Positions 44,181-55,500 of a DNA stretch of 64,000 bases are shown here, one piece after another. A program made the position numbers and the translations under genes. The stretch is from a virus. Lineage: Duplodnaviria > Caudoviricetes. The stretch's first letter is position 1. Each line of letters starts with the position of its first letter. The notes below the pieces were generated by a model. That model had not been told where the DNA came from, ran no database searches, and saw only the letters and a program-made list of their open reading frames with translations. The stretch covers positions 298,604 through 362,603 of IMG/VR virus record IMGVR_UViG_3300015615_000196; one strand, written 5' to 3'.

Positions 44181-44936
44181 ATGAAAAACTTAATTACAAT
44201 TCTCTTCTGTTTCGTTGGTGTTGCCTTGTACGCACAGGACACTACAAAGGTTGCACAAGTAAAGACTGACATCACCATTGCAACCAAGAACGTTTGGCGT
44301 GGCGTGAACTACGGTAACAACACACCGATGGTGCAAGGCACACTTGCATTGAACTTCAAGAATGCAGTTGAGGTCGGTGCATGTGGTACAGCAACCATTA
44401 ACGGAGATCGTAAAGGTTACGGTAACTGGATGGAGTTGTATACGACTTATACGATTGATCGCTTCTCCCTGACCATTGATGACTATTACTTCTTCTCGTA
44501 TGATTCACTGAACGATTACTTCAACTACAGTAAGAATACAACACAGCATCTTGTCGAAGCGAGATTGAAATACAATATCGAAAAGAAGTTCTCGGTATTT
44601 GCAAGCTATAACATCTACGCGAATGTCAATGCACAGAAGGCATGGTACTTTGAAGCAGAGTACTTCGTTCGTCCTGACTTATCATTGTTGTTCGGTGCTG
44701 TAACAGGAGCAAGCTGGTTGAACTACTATGATGCTGGTGGTATCACAACCATTGGTGTTGCAGGGAGTAGGGACATTGAAGTAACCAAGACATTCAAAAT
44801 TCCGGTGAAAGCCTCTTTGATTTTCAATCCCAACTATCGTAATATTGCAAAGTGGGATGGCAGTGGCTACATCGATCCGGGTTATAATGGCTTAGGACGT
44901 AATCCCGTCAACTTCGTAATTTCAATATCATTATGA
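44181..44936 (+). CDS. outer-membrane beta-barrel protein (TorF-like putative porin)
   Basis: Signal peptide, TKNVWRG, ELY..Y, DYYF, amphipathic strands, terminal FVISISL strand. Confidence 0.7.
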   Translation: MKNLITILFCFVGVALYAQDTTKVAQVKTDITIATKNVWRGVNYGNNTPMVQGTLALNFKNAVEVGACGTATINGDRKGYGNWMELYTTYTIDRFSLTIDDYYFFSYDSLNDYFNYSKNTTQHLVEARLKYNIEKKFSVFASYNIYANVNAQKAWYFEAEYFVRPDLSLLFGAVTGASWLNYYDAGGITTIGVAGSRDIEVTKTFKIPVKASLIFNPNYRNIAKWDGSGYIDPGYNGLGRNPVNFVISISL

Positions 44937-45410
44937 AAAAATGGTTTAAAAAACAATACTACAAAAGATTCGCAACGTACAAGCGACTTGAAGTACAGCT
45001 TGTCCCTTATAATGTAGGAGATAATATGCTGAGAGATAGCGAAGGGAAACCAGAAGATCAGCAGTGGCACTTAGCCAAAGAAGAAGATACCAACCGTGCT
45101 TATGGATACGTATTCCTTGAGCGCAAAGTACGAATATGGGAATGACAGCAGTAGAGAAACTTGAGAAATTTTATAAGATGGTTGCCCCTCACTTGAAGGG
45201 ACATCACATTGCTCAATTGCTGTTTCTCGAAGCACTTGCTGAAATAAAAAACGAACCTATCATTACAGCAATTCAAGGTCGAAGTGAATATGACCCGATA
45301 ATAAAACATTTTGCTGGCTCAGAGGATTCAACTGGTCAACATGGAGAGATTGAGGTTCAGAGCGGTAATAAATGGGATGAACCAGTTATAAAACATTTTC
45401 AAAGTTAACG

Positions 45411-46475
45411 GTGAACATAAAATACTTCACAACGATCAACTACATTGAAGAGAACGCCCTCAATCAAATAGAGGACTTGCGTCAGGAAGAACACATCCAA
45501 GATGTTGCCGTGTTCCCTGATATTCATTTCTGTGACGAGAAGGGAATACCAGTCGGATTGACTTTTGCAACAAAGGACGTTGTCTATCCATTGATCACTG
45601 GTAAGGACATGGGTTGTGGAGTTGCGTACTTGAAGATACCAAACCAATATATCTTAAAGCCTTTCAACAAAGACGAACACTATCGTGCTTTCGACAAAGC
45701 ACACTTCAACATGACTGATGAAGGACTTGGTGGTGGTAATCACTTCCTTTCATTGGAAGTAGACGCTGGTAACTTGTATGTTATCGTTCATACTGGAACA
45801 CGAAACAGAGGCATCTACATGTACCAACGTAACATGGGATTGCTACAAGAATACGGTAGCAAGAAATACTTCACCGTTGACTTCCTGAACACGAACTATC
45901 CGAAGTGGTTTGATGAATACAACGGAGTCATTGAATACGGCAAGCAACGTAGACTTCAATTCCTTAAAGGTACGTTTGATTTCCTTGTACGTAACAAGTA
46001 CGTTATGAGCATGAACTTCGATGCGTTGCTTCGTGGTGATTCAGTTCATAATCATATCAAGAAGGAAGGAGATCAATACATACACCGTAAGGGAGCAACC
46101 GAACTCGGCAATGAGATCGTAGTTATTCCGTTGTCGATGACCAGAGGAAGTTTGTTTGTCAAACAACGTTTCAGATATTCAAGTGTTGGGCAAGATACCA
46201 GTAACTTGAACTCCTGCTCTCATGGTGCTGGAAGAAAGTTAAGCCGTACCAAGACCATGAAGTACTGGCATAGTTCTTTGAAGGAGAGAGAACGAAAGGA
46301 ATACCGTGAACGATTCAATGAGTTACTTGATCGTAGTGGTGACTTCCCAAAGGGTTACATACAAGAGTTTGACTTTGCATACAAAGACTCCAATGACTTG
46401 TTGAGAGAGCAACCGTTCCTTCAACAGATCACCAGAACCACACCAATCTGTACAGTTAAATTCACCGAGATATGA
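45411..46475 (+). CDS. rtcB: RtcB-family RNA 3'-phosphate/5'-OH ligase (compact)
   Basis: FPDIH, DMGCG, LGGGNHF, VHTGTR, HNH, HRKGAT, SCSHGAGR. Confidence 0.9.
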   Translation: MNIKYFTTINYIEENALNQIEDLRQEEHIQDVAVFPDIHFCDEKGIPVGLTFATKDVVYPLITGKDMGCGVAYLKIPNQYILKPFNKDEHYRAFDKAHFNMTDEGLGGGNHFLSLEVDAGNLYVIVHTGTRNRGIYMYQRNMGLLQEYGSKKYFTVDFLNTNYPKWFDEYNGVIEYGKQRRLQFLKGTFDFLVRNKYVMSMNFDALLRGDSVHNHIKKEGDQYIHRKGATELGNEIVVIPLSMTRGSLFVKQRFRYSSVGQDTSNLNSCSHGAGRKLSRTKTMKYWHSSLKERERKEYRERFNELLDRSGDFPKGYIQEFDFAYKDSNDLLREQPFLQQITRTTPICTVKFTEI

Positions 46476-47410
46476 TCGAAAACTTAAATGAGTTTATCCG
46501 TCACCTGTCCATTGAAGACAAGAAGACGTTAAGCCAAAAGGTCTTGAAGACCACCGAAGAACTTGGTGAACTTGCAAAGGCTGCACTTCCCTTTGAAAAT
46601 GCACCCGGAACACTTCATCGTTTCAGTGATAGGAGCAAGATACTTGAGAATGTAATTGACGTTCATCTGTCTGCAATATCAATTGCATACAGCATGAACT
46701 TCTCCGAAGAAGAGATCGCTGAAATGCTTCATCGTAAAGCAAAGAAATGGAGTGGTATTCAAAGTACAGAAGAGAACGTGAAGTTTCCTTTGCCATATGA
46801 AATACATATCACGGTAAAGACTCCGAAAGACTTGGAAGGTTTCAAAGAACGTTGCAAGACCATTGGTGTGAAGCCAATTGTCATTGACCTTGAGAAAGGT
46901 GGTGCTACGGTGTTGTCTGACGTAATGACTTCATCGGTACACTTCGGTGACAACCGTTCTGCATTTGAAGAAGCCGACCGTCTCAGACATCAATTGGGTT
47001 CAAAGCATTACTTTGAAGAACCATATGAGGTTGTACGTGTAAAGATTGAAACTGTTCCTTGGCATCCAGCAGCACCTACTTCCGAAAACGGTTTGATCAT
47101 GAAGGGCGAGAACTACTTCGAGTCCCATCTACGAATCGTTACCACAGAGAAGAGAAGATCAATGCTGGAAGACATTGCTTCGATCAGGAAGGCTCACCTT
47201 TCAAGAAACTTCTTCAAGAAGGTAAGTGAAACGGAATACATCATTATGATGACCCTGAGACAACACAAGGGCACATACAGTGAATTCAAGAGAGAAGTGG
47301 ACACACTCAAGATACTGTTGGAGAACTACGAGTTTGAAGTTGATAAGATGGAGATTGAATTCTGTCTTTACGACACCAACCACGTTCACGATGCAGTATG
47401 GATTAAGTAA
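46472..47410 (+). CDS. MazG-like domain fused to an unknown His-containing domain
   Basis: N-terminal KTTEELGELAK...ENVID; C-terminal YEIHITV, RVKIETVPWHP, YFESH. Confidence 0.65.
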   Translation: MIENLNEFIRHLSIEDKKTLSQKVLKTTEELGELAKAALPFENAPGTLHRFSDRSKILENVIDVHLSAISIAYSMNFSEEEIAEMLHRKAKKWSGIQSTEENVKFPLPYEIHITVKTPKDLEGFKERCKTIGVKPIVIDLEKGGATVLSDVMTSSVHFGDNRSAFEEADRLRHQLGSKHYFEEPYEVVRVKIETVPWHPAAPTSENGLIMKGENYFESHLRIVTTEKRRSMLEDIASIRKAHLSRNFFKKVSETEYIIMMTLRQHKGTYSEFKREVDTLKILLENYEFEVDKMEIEFCLYDTNHVHDAVWIK

Positions 47411-47412
47411 GT

Positions 47413-47907
47413 ATGGGATTAGATATTAATACAGAAAAAGGACAGAAGTCATTGGCTGATGAACACGCTGCACATGCGATCATCAAGAACCTATGGAAGG
47501 TGGACGTTATTGAAACGCCTAAAGAAAGTAGCGCGAAGTGTGATGGGTTTCTGGTGAAGGACAACGTGATCAAAGCACTCTTTGAAACCAAGTGTCGATA
47601 CGATATGGGTTATCAGGAACTACTTGAACGTGGTACGTGGCTTGTAACCTACGAGAAGATTGCTGCTTGTAGGAAGCTATCTAAAGCGTTGGGCGTACCA
47701 TTTCTTGGCTTCCTCTATCTTCTTCCGAAGTCATCAAACGAGCAATTATTGATGTACTGGAAGATCACCGATGAAAAAGGAGAGTATCAATTCAAGTTTC
47801 AAGTACAGGATCAAGAAACGCAGAAAACAATCAACGGGGATCGTATTGTGAGAGAAAACGCATACCTGCCTGTTGAGTTTGCAAAAATGGTTGTACCTTT
47901 GACTTAA
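47413..47907 (+). CDS. PD-(D/E)XK nuclease-like protein
   Basis: E..A...CDGFL...FETKCR. Confidence 0.55.
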   Translation: MGLDINTEKGQKSLADEHAAHAIIKNLWKVDVIETPKESSAKCDGFLVKDNVIKALFETKCRYDMGYQELLERGTWLVTYEKIAACRKLSKALGVPFLGFLYLLPKSSNEQLLMYWKITDEKGEYQFKFQVQDQETQKTINGDRIVRENAYLPVEFAKMVVPLT

Positions 47908-48341
47908 TGGACTACACGGCTGGCATATTCCTTTTGAACGGACAGAATGAAATACTTCTGGTTCATCCAACTAATGCTCGTTGGAATACTTGGTCTATTC
48001 CCAAAGGATTACCAGACGAAGGAGAGACTATACTGGAAGCTGCCAAGCGTGAATTGTTTGAAGAAACGAACGTAGACATCAACAAACTACAACTCGTTTA
48101 CTTATACGACAAGATTAAACCAGTGTTGTACGCATCAAAGAAGAAGACCTTGTGTCCCATCTTCTGCAAGGTAGTGAAAGACCTTGACACACTTGAACTC
48201 AAATGCAATTCACTGGTGGAAGGTGCTAACTTCTACGAGAACGACAAGATTGAATGGGTTGGATATGAAAGAGCATTGACCCTGATACACGAATCACAAG
48301 TAAGAGCGTGGAAAGAATTCATAATGACATCCCTACGATGA
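47907..48341 (+). CDS. Nudix hydrolase
   Basis: WSIPKG...GETILEAAKRELFEETN Nudix box. Confidence 0.9.
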   Translation: MDYTAGIFLLNGQNEILLVHPTNARWNTWSIPKGLPDEGETILEAAKRELFEETNVDINKLQLVYLYDKIKPVLYASKKKTLCPIFCKVVKDLDTLELKCNSLVEGANFYENDKIEWVGYERALTLIHESQVRAWKEFIMTSLR

Positions 48342-48841
48342 TAAACGATAAATTCGATTCTGAGATCATTAAAGCAGTGCACGAGATACATGCCAAACTG
48401 GAAGGTCGTGTTGTTTTTGCTGGTAGCTTTGGTTTGAAGTATTACGGGTTGCTTGATCGTTTGATCAAAGACCTTGATGTATTCACTGAACACTGGTACT
48501 ACGGTACAGAAGAAGCAGTAACAGAATTAAATCGAATATCATCTGGTAAGTTCTATGTGAATGGTAAAGAAGTTCTTTGCGTACACGGAGAAACATCAAA
48601 TGGTATTCAGGTAGATTACTTTTACAAACATAAAGAACCATTGGAATTTAATCTTGTAGATTTTCACGGTGTAGAAATTAAGATTGAAGACCCCAAATTT
48701 GCCATTCAAGCAAAGGAGCAATACGCAAAGAACAATTCCCAAGATGCATTCAATATTCAAAAGCATAAAGACGATTTATTATACATTTATGGTTTACAAG
48801 ATGAACCATATGAATCCACTGTAGATGATTTACCGTTTTAA
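48338..48841 (+). CDS. nucleotidyltransferase-fold protein
   Basis: FAGSFGL...GLLDR.IKDLDV (GS...DxD). Confidence 0.55.
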   Translation: MINDKFDSEIIKAVHEIHAKLEGRVVFAGSFGLKYYGLLDRLIKDLDVFTEHWYYGTEEAVTELNRISSGKFYVNGKEVLCVHGETSNGIQVDYFYKHKEPLEFNLVDFHGVEIKIEDPKFAIQAKEQYAKNNSQDAFNIQKHKDDLLYIYGLQDEPYESTVDDLPF

Positions 48842-49220
48842 TGTAAATAAAAACCGTTTAATAGATTGGGCAAAAGAGTTGGTTCCTATGCCAAAAGAAC
48901 TCTTTGGTCGTTGGGGTAGAAATGGTTGCTGGCGTTGGAGATTAGTTCATCACGTTCAGTGGTGGGATGATAAGTATAGTTATATGTGTAATGAATTCAT
49001 TTACATCGTAGACTTTGTACACGGCAGCATCCATCATAGATACCGAATGATACGTAACAGCAGAGAAACCAATCCATCTGTATCTTTTGCACGAGGAATG
49101 GAATTAAAAATGAAAGATTTTATTGTAGAAAACGTACCTATTAATGGAAAGGAATGGTGGTTACGTTCAACACCAAAGAAAATTTAATTGTATATTTGTC
49201 ATATTTTAAAAAAACGCACT

Positions 49221-49715
49221 ATGAAATCACTAATTTCAATTCTGGCTGTCATTGCACTCGCATTCACAACCACCTCATGTACAGAGAATTACGCTAATGG
49301 AGAGCGTATTGGTTTGGTTACTCAATTCTCGGTGAGTGGCATCATTTGGAAATCATGGGAAGGGCATTTAAACCTTACGCAAACAGGAATGAATTCCAGT
49401 TCGGCACAACCCTTTGATTTTTCAATTGATAACGATAGGCCAGACGAACAGGTTATCGCACTAATTGATAGTGCTGCCAATCAGGGGTGGAAAATAAAAC
49501 TCACCTACCATGAAACATATGGAAAAAATTGGTTTTTAAATCGTGGTGAAACATCACATTTCATCACTAAGGTTGAAATACTTGATCGTAATCCTATAGC
49601 AAATGCATTTAATGGTGAGAAAATTACTCACACTGCCCCTGCTTTAACTGGTAGAGTGATTGATACAGTTTACGTGGTTATAATTCCCAAATCACGAGTA
49701 CTTCCAGAGAAATAA
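49221..49715 (+). CDS. lipoprotein of Bacteroidota type
   Basis: Lipobox-like signal ending TTTSC; GERIG...FS..G..WKSWEG.L. Confidence 0.65.
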   Translation: MKSLISILAVIALAFTTTSCTENYANGERIGLVTQFSVSGIIWKSWEGHLNLTQTGMNSSSAQPFDFSIDNDRPDEQVIALIDSAANQGWKIKLTYHETYGKNWFLNRGETSHFITKVEILDRNPIANAFNGEKITHTAPALTGRVIDTVYVVIIPKSRVLPEK

Positions 49716-50018
49716 ATCCAATGAGAATCAACGAGTTAGAAGCGAATGAGTTGATCAATTTGATCAAGGTACTCAAGTACTATGATAAGCATAGGGCTGG
49801 AATATTCATGATTGCAAAATTGCAAGAATTAGAGGTTATTCTGCCAAATGGTTCTGTGAATGAAGGGACGTTAAAACACCTAACGTCAATAGAAAAAAAG
49901 TTGAAAATCTTACTTCGTCAGGCTAAGAAAATAAAATAAATGAAAAAAGATTTGTAATTCTCAGCCCGAATTGTAATATTTGTTCTGTCATTTTACTTTT
50001 TAACAAAACTTAATTTCT

Positions 50019-50900
50019 ATGTCAAATCAAAACTCAATGTTTTTCCCGGCAAATCAGCCAACCACACAGGTGATTAACATTTCACCTGCACTGGCAGATT
50101 CACTCCTTCAAAGAAACAAGTTGAATCGCAACTTGAAGAAGGCACAAGTAGCTACCTATGCAGAACAAATGCGTCAAGGAAGGTTCCAATCCTTGAATGG
50201 TCAAACCATCAGCGTTGCAGGTAATGTTGTAAATGGAACTCTCTTGGATGGTCAACATCGTTTGACTGCCCTGATCGAAGCTGGCGTTACACTTCCTTTC
50301 TTGGTTGTGAGCGGACTTAGCGAAGATGTTATTCCGACAATCGACATCGGTGCAAAGAGAACGGCTGGTGACTTGTTCGATATGAACAAGATTCAGTATG
50401 GCCGTATTCTTTCCGCAGCAATTTCGACTTATGCGAAATTGGTTTATCGTGCTGAGAACGATAAGCGTAAGATTGAAGGAGAACTTTCAGCATACAGGCT
50501 GACTCCTGAATCAATCTTCCATCTGTACATCAAGAACTCAAAGGATGCAGATGAAATTGTGAAGCTGGCCTTCTCATTCTACGAGAAGTTCAACATTATC
50601 GGCCCTTCACAAATCGGTGGTATGATGCTCTACACCAGACTCCACAGCGTATTCAAGCACCGTGCGGATGCTGAATTCTGGAAGCCATTATTCACTGGTG
50701 AGAATGCTTCTGGAATGGTGAACGTATGCCGTAACTACCTGATCAACGAATTGGGTAAGCCGAAGTACAACCGCAGAAGTGCGACTGAACTTGTGAACGC
50801 GATCATCAAAGCGTACAACACGCATTTTGGTATGCCTACCAAAACGTTGAAGTCTACGTCTTTGACCATTGCCACCAAGAGTGACAAGGCGTTCCTTTAA
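50019..50900 (+). CDS. ParB/Srx-like (DGQHR) domain protein
   Basis: ISPALA..LL..N..NR, LLDGQHRL.A, IDIG.KRT; own promoter and terminator. Confidence 0.75.
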   Translation: MSNQNSMFFPANQPTTQVINISPALADSLLQRNKLNRNLKKAQVATYAEQMRQGRFQSLNGQTISVAGNVVNGTLLDGQHRLTALIEAGVTLPFLVVSGLSEDVIPTIDIGAKRTAGDLFDMNKIQYGRILSAAISTYAKLVYRAENDKRKIEGELSAYRLTPESIFHLYIKNSKDADEIVKLAFSFYEKFNIIGPSQIGGMMLYTRLHSVFKHRADAEFWKPLFTGENASGMVNVCRNYLINELGKPKYNRRSATELVNAIIKAYNTHFGMPTKTLKSTSLTIATKSDKAFL

Positions 50901-50920
50901 TCGGTAGCCAACATATAACG

Positions 50921-50955
50921 AAAACCACCATTTCATTTGGAATGGTGGTTTTTTT
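50921..50955 (+). terminator. intrinsic terminator
   Basis: AAAACCACCATT/AATGGTGGTTTT followed by a T-run. Confidence 0.8.
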
Positions 50956-52190
50956 GTTTAAATTTGTGTATGGTAACAAAGCAGAAAAGTTGGGAAACCG
51001 TTTTTTTCAAAGCAACAAAACGGAAATCGGCTAAAGCAGGAGACACCGAAGTGACAGTTGAATTAAATTACAACCACATCACAAAAAGATTCACGCTCAA
51101 TACTCCGCATGAAGAATCGGTATCGTTTAAAGACGATAACGTTGAACAAGCGGAACTAAAAGCAGAGGCAGTACTTGCAGCAGTCAGGTATATAAAAACA
51201 CTCAAATGAAACACATCACCCTCAACACCAAGAAACTCAAAAAGAAAAAACTGATTGAGATTGCTCAAGGGAGAAAGTATTTGCAAATCACTCCGTACAC
51301 TGAGAAGGAGAATGGTTTGTGGATCGCCTGTATCGAAGGTCTTCATCTTCTTTCAAAGAACAGAAAGAAGGATGGAAAGATAAAAAGAAAAACATTCACC
51401 ATCGTTGAAGTATTGCACATCATGCATACAGCATTCGATGCTGGTATACTAAGCACAAAACCAGAAAAGGAAAACTCATGTCCCTTACCACAACCGCAGG
51501 ATGCACCTGTCAGCGAGAAATAGAACTTGGACTACCACGTACCAAGCATTGCTTCGTTGCCTGTGAATCACAAAGAAACGAATTTGATTTCGTAAGTAAC
51601 TTGATGAAAGGTTTCTACCAAGACATAGAAACCTTTTGGGTTGAACATGGTGGCAAACCTCACCTTGATGCTGACCTTTCCTTTTACGAAAGCGATTGGG
51701 AAATGTTAATGAGTGTGGTTGAAATGATTGAAGGTCTCGGCTACCACACCATCATCTATCGCCAAGAAGACGGACAAGAAATGATGATCACTGATGGAAG
51801 TCCATCGTATAACTTAAAAGCAGAAAATTGCATCGTACCTAACGAACCAGCACCTCTTACTAAAACAAAGAAGCAAGCAGTGTTCGAAACGGTATTGAAG
51901 TTTATCTTCTGGTACAACAGAAATATGAAATGATTGTATACGCATTCTACTACAACCCAATGACCGAAGAAAGTGGTGACATGACCATGAGTCTTCACTT
52001 TGATCGTGCTGATGCTGAACGAGAAATGGAAGCGCACAAAGCAAAAGAAAAAGAGCAATGGTACAAGATGTACGTTGCAACTGGTGAACCGGAAACAGAA
52101 GAGAAGTACGAAGAACCATACCCGTTCGGTTGCTTCCAAGATTGGAGAGTGGGAGAGGTAGAAGTTCAGGGCACACCGAAAACTTAAATA

Positions 52191-52577
52191 ATGATTGACA
52201 AGATTGCTGCCGACCACAGCATGATCCTTATTCGAATTACCAGTGGTGATCGCTACTGTAAAGCAAATGGTGAGGACAACTACATCAACAGTAGTTACAT
52301 TGCTGGTGATGAAATTTATCTTGGTATCTACACTGATAAAGAACTCGAACTCATTTCCTTCTTTCATGAAATGGGTCACCATTTGGACAAAATAGATTGG
52401 AGCAAAGGGGCAGACAAATACACCAAGTATAAGTCAGAGGCAAATGCGTGGAAGATCGGTATTGCTTTTGCAAAAGAACACGGTGTGACCTTCTCCAAAT
52501 CCGCGATTAAGTGGGCGCAAAAGCAACTGGAAACATATCGAGCGGACAAGCAACCTTTTTTGAAAATTGCCGTATAA
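52191..52577 (+). CDS. HExxH metallopeptidase-like protein
   Basis: FFHEMGHH...E..AW. Confidence 0.6.
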   Translation: MIDKIAADHSMILIRITSGDRYCKANGEDNYINSSYIAGDEIYLGIYTDKELELISFFHEMGHHLDKIDWSKGADKYTKYKSEANAWKIGIAFAKEHGVTFSKSAIKWAQKQLETYRADKQPFLKIAV

Positions 52578-55500
52578 TAGGGAAATAACACATATATGCC
52601 CTGCAACAGCGATTACTTGAATCCCACAGAAGAAGAAGCAAACCGCAAATTGGTTTGTGAACTCCTTATCTTCGTGAACGGTAAAATCCGTGCGAAGACT
52701 GACAAGAAGATCATTGATGCAGCAAAACACGCATACGGTGATGGTGTCGAACTCAATGCAGTGGTAGTCCAACTTTGTGATCGCCTGAGCGCACTCAGCA
52801 CCAAGCAAAAAAATTCAATCATCTACAACGGCAAGAACGAAACCTCTCGCAAACTTGCTGACTGGTGGGATGAACACGTCAAGGCAGACAAGAACCGTGT
52901 CCATGCAGAAATGCAGGAAGCTAAAGATGCGAAGGCACGGAAGAAAGCACTCAGCAAACTTTCAGTACACGAACGTAAACTTCTCGGACTCTAATGACTA
53001 AGGAAGAACATTTAATCGAACGCGAAAAATTCCAGTGGGGTTCATACGGAAAACTTGGTGACAAACCTCTCCGGTGGACGATCCTGAAAAACATTTCAGA
53101 CTCGCATTTGATGCGAATTGTTGAACACTTGAAGTTGAGACGTTCAATGGCAAGTCCGATATACGACACACATGGAGCGGACTACGTTCTTGCTCTGATG
53201 GAAACGGAAGTGACATTCAGAACTACGAACTACATCTTTGTACCTGAAACATATGACTAACATGGAAACAAAAAGATTTTTACTTGGCGAAGGTGCGCTC
53301 ACATGGAATGCGATTGAACGTAGAAGCGACCGCTATGGTTCCGTTTATTGCTGTGACAAAAACAGTGAGGAAGCAACTATTTCTCCCAATGCAAAGATGA
53401 ACCGTGACGTTTGTCTTGAGATCGACAAACTGGAAAACCAAAAAGGCAAGTTGATTGCCGTTGTTACTGGCACACGTCAAAGCACACACATCGGTGACTT
53501 CGCCAATGGGTTCTTTCCTGAAACCCCTGCTCTTGCAGAGGAAATTGTTTTGGGTGAAGGCACATTCATCCACGACAAGAATCCATACATCGACAATTGC
53601 GAAATGGTTGGTGTGTTACCTGATGATGGTCGCAAACATCAATGGATGAACGGCCCCGCACTCTATCGTGCACACGAACAAGATGTCAAACTTTATTTTG
53701 TATTGAACTAATGGTCTACCTACTCGCACATCTTTTATCCGGTGATCGGAAAGCACTTGCAGTAATTGACGGTGAGTTTCGTGGTAGTGAGAATCTTGAA
53801 GAAGCAAAGAAACTCATACCCAACTACAACGGCTACCATGCAGCAGGTCACACTTGGAGTACGAGTGCAACGTTGTACTGGATGTCATATCATCCCTGCA
53901 TCGTTCAATTCGAAAGCCTGAAAGAAGTGGAGGAAGCACTTCTCGACAAGAAGATCATTGGTGAAAGTGCTGCATGGGGACGTGCAACATACACACTGGT
54001 GAAACCAGAAACAAAACTCAACATCGTTTTCGATCCTGCATTGATTGATGCCGGAGTGAACACAGCAAAACCTTTTTACGAACAATAAAAATGGGACGCA
54101 CCACACTCAAAATAAAATCACAAGGCAGTGCAAAGCTGGAAGATAAAGTAGGCTTTGTCCTTGCTGATTTGGGTGACATAAATCGTGTTGTTCTTCTCCG
54201 TATTGCAATGGAGACGAAGTACAACAAAATGGTGTTCCAAATGCTTGACAGTGATGATGGATTGCGTTATCTTGCAATCAAAGATTCGCACAGTGAAGAC
54301 CCAAAAGCCGAGCCTACACTGATTGCATTCCCTGACCTTGCTGAATACGAAATTTTTGCAGTTAGCTTCGACAGGTACTTAATGCAAATCTGTTTGACGA
54401 AAGGATATTGAACATGAAATACAGAGTAAAATTCAAATGTTATCACTACAACACAGGAGCAGCCGACAACTGTACCTATGATAATTATGAGGATTTTGAT
54501 ACATTACCAGAAGCACATACGTTTCGTACTCGATTGATTGAACAACGCACGAAGGAAATGGAGTATGATCACAGAAAAATTACCTTCGATGAATATGAAG
54601 CATGGAAACGCACGTTTGATGTTTACAAAGTTGAAGGTGGTTACGTATCGTTTTCTATATGGGGTGAACTGCCGAAGATCGTAGGCTTTGAGGAAGCACG
54701 AGAGATTCCATTGATTCACATTGCAACTCCGAAATTCAGTGAGAAGCAATTGGCAGAAGAGGAACAACTGGTGAAGAAATATTCTTTCCCCTATCAAGGT
54801 TGGGATAGTATTGAACAACTGGAAGATGTGATCGGTGAATCGGAAGCAACTTCGTTACACTTCGGTCATGTTGAAGGTGAGGAAGAAGACGTGAAGTACG
54901 ACTTGGAGATTACGATTAAAAGAACGCAACGAAGCAAGAAACAATGATCGAGATCATTGCAAATAAAGAACAACTTGAGGCCATAGGCATTGACTATGAA
55001 CTTACTGGTCTTTCTGGATGGGTACGAATGACCTACGGTGACGGTTGGTTGCTGGTAAGTGTCACGCACCAAATCGGCAAGTATAGCTTCACCAATGAGT
55101 TTGACTTTCCAGCTTCATTCGTAAAATGAAAAAGAAAAGACAAATGACTTGCAGTCACCCCAAGAAATCTCCAAGTGGATATGTGGAGAAACATGAATGG
55201 GCTGATCGTAAACTGAAACAAGGGCACATACAGCGTCAGTGTCCGGTTTGTGGATTGTGGTTTTTTAAATGTGAAATGTCAAAAACTTAAATATGGAATT
55301 GGAATACACCGATCTGCTTTACTTTGGCTACCATTGGGAACCTGAGTCGAAGAAATTGCAGAGTGACTTTATTGATGCGATCAAGCAGAAATTCGAGCAC
55401 GTTAAACTTGAGAATGCTTTCGATGACATCAAAGGCTACAGGCAAGTAGTTCACCTTGACAAGGAAAGCAAGGACAACTTCTTCGCATGGTTGATCGGTG

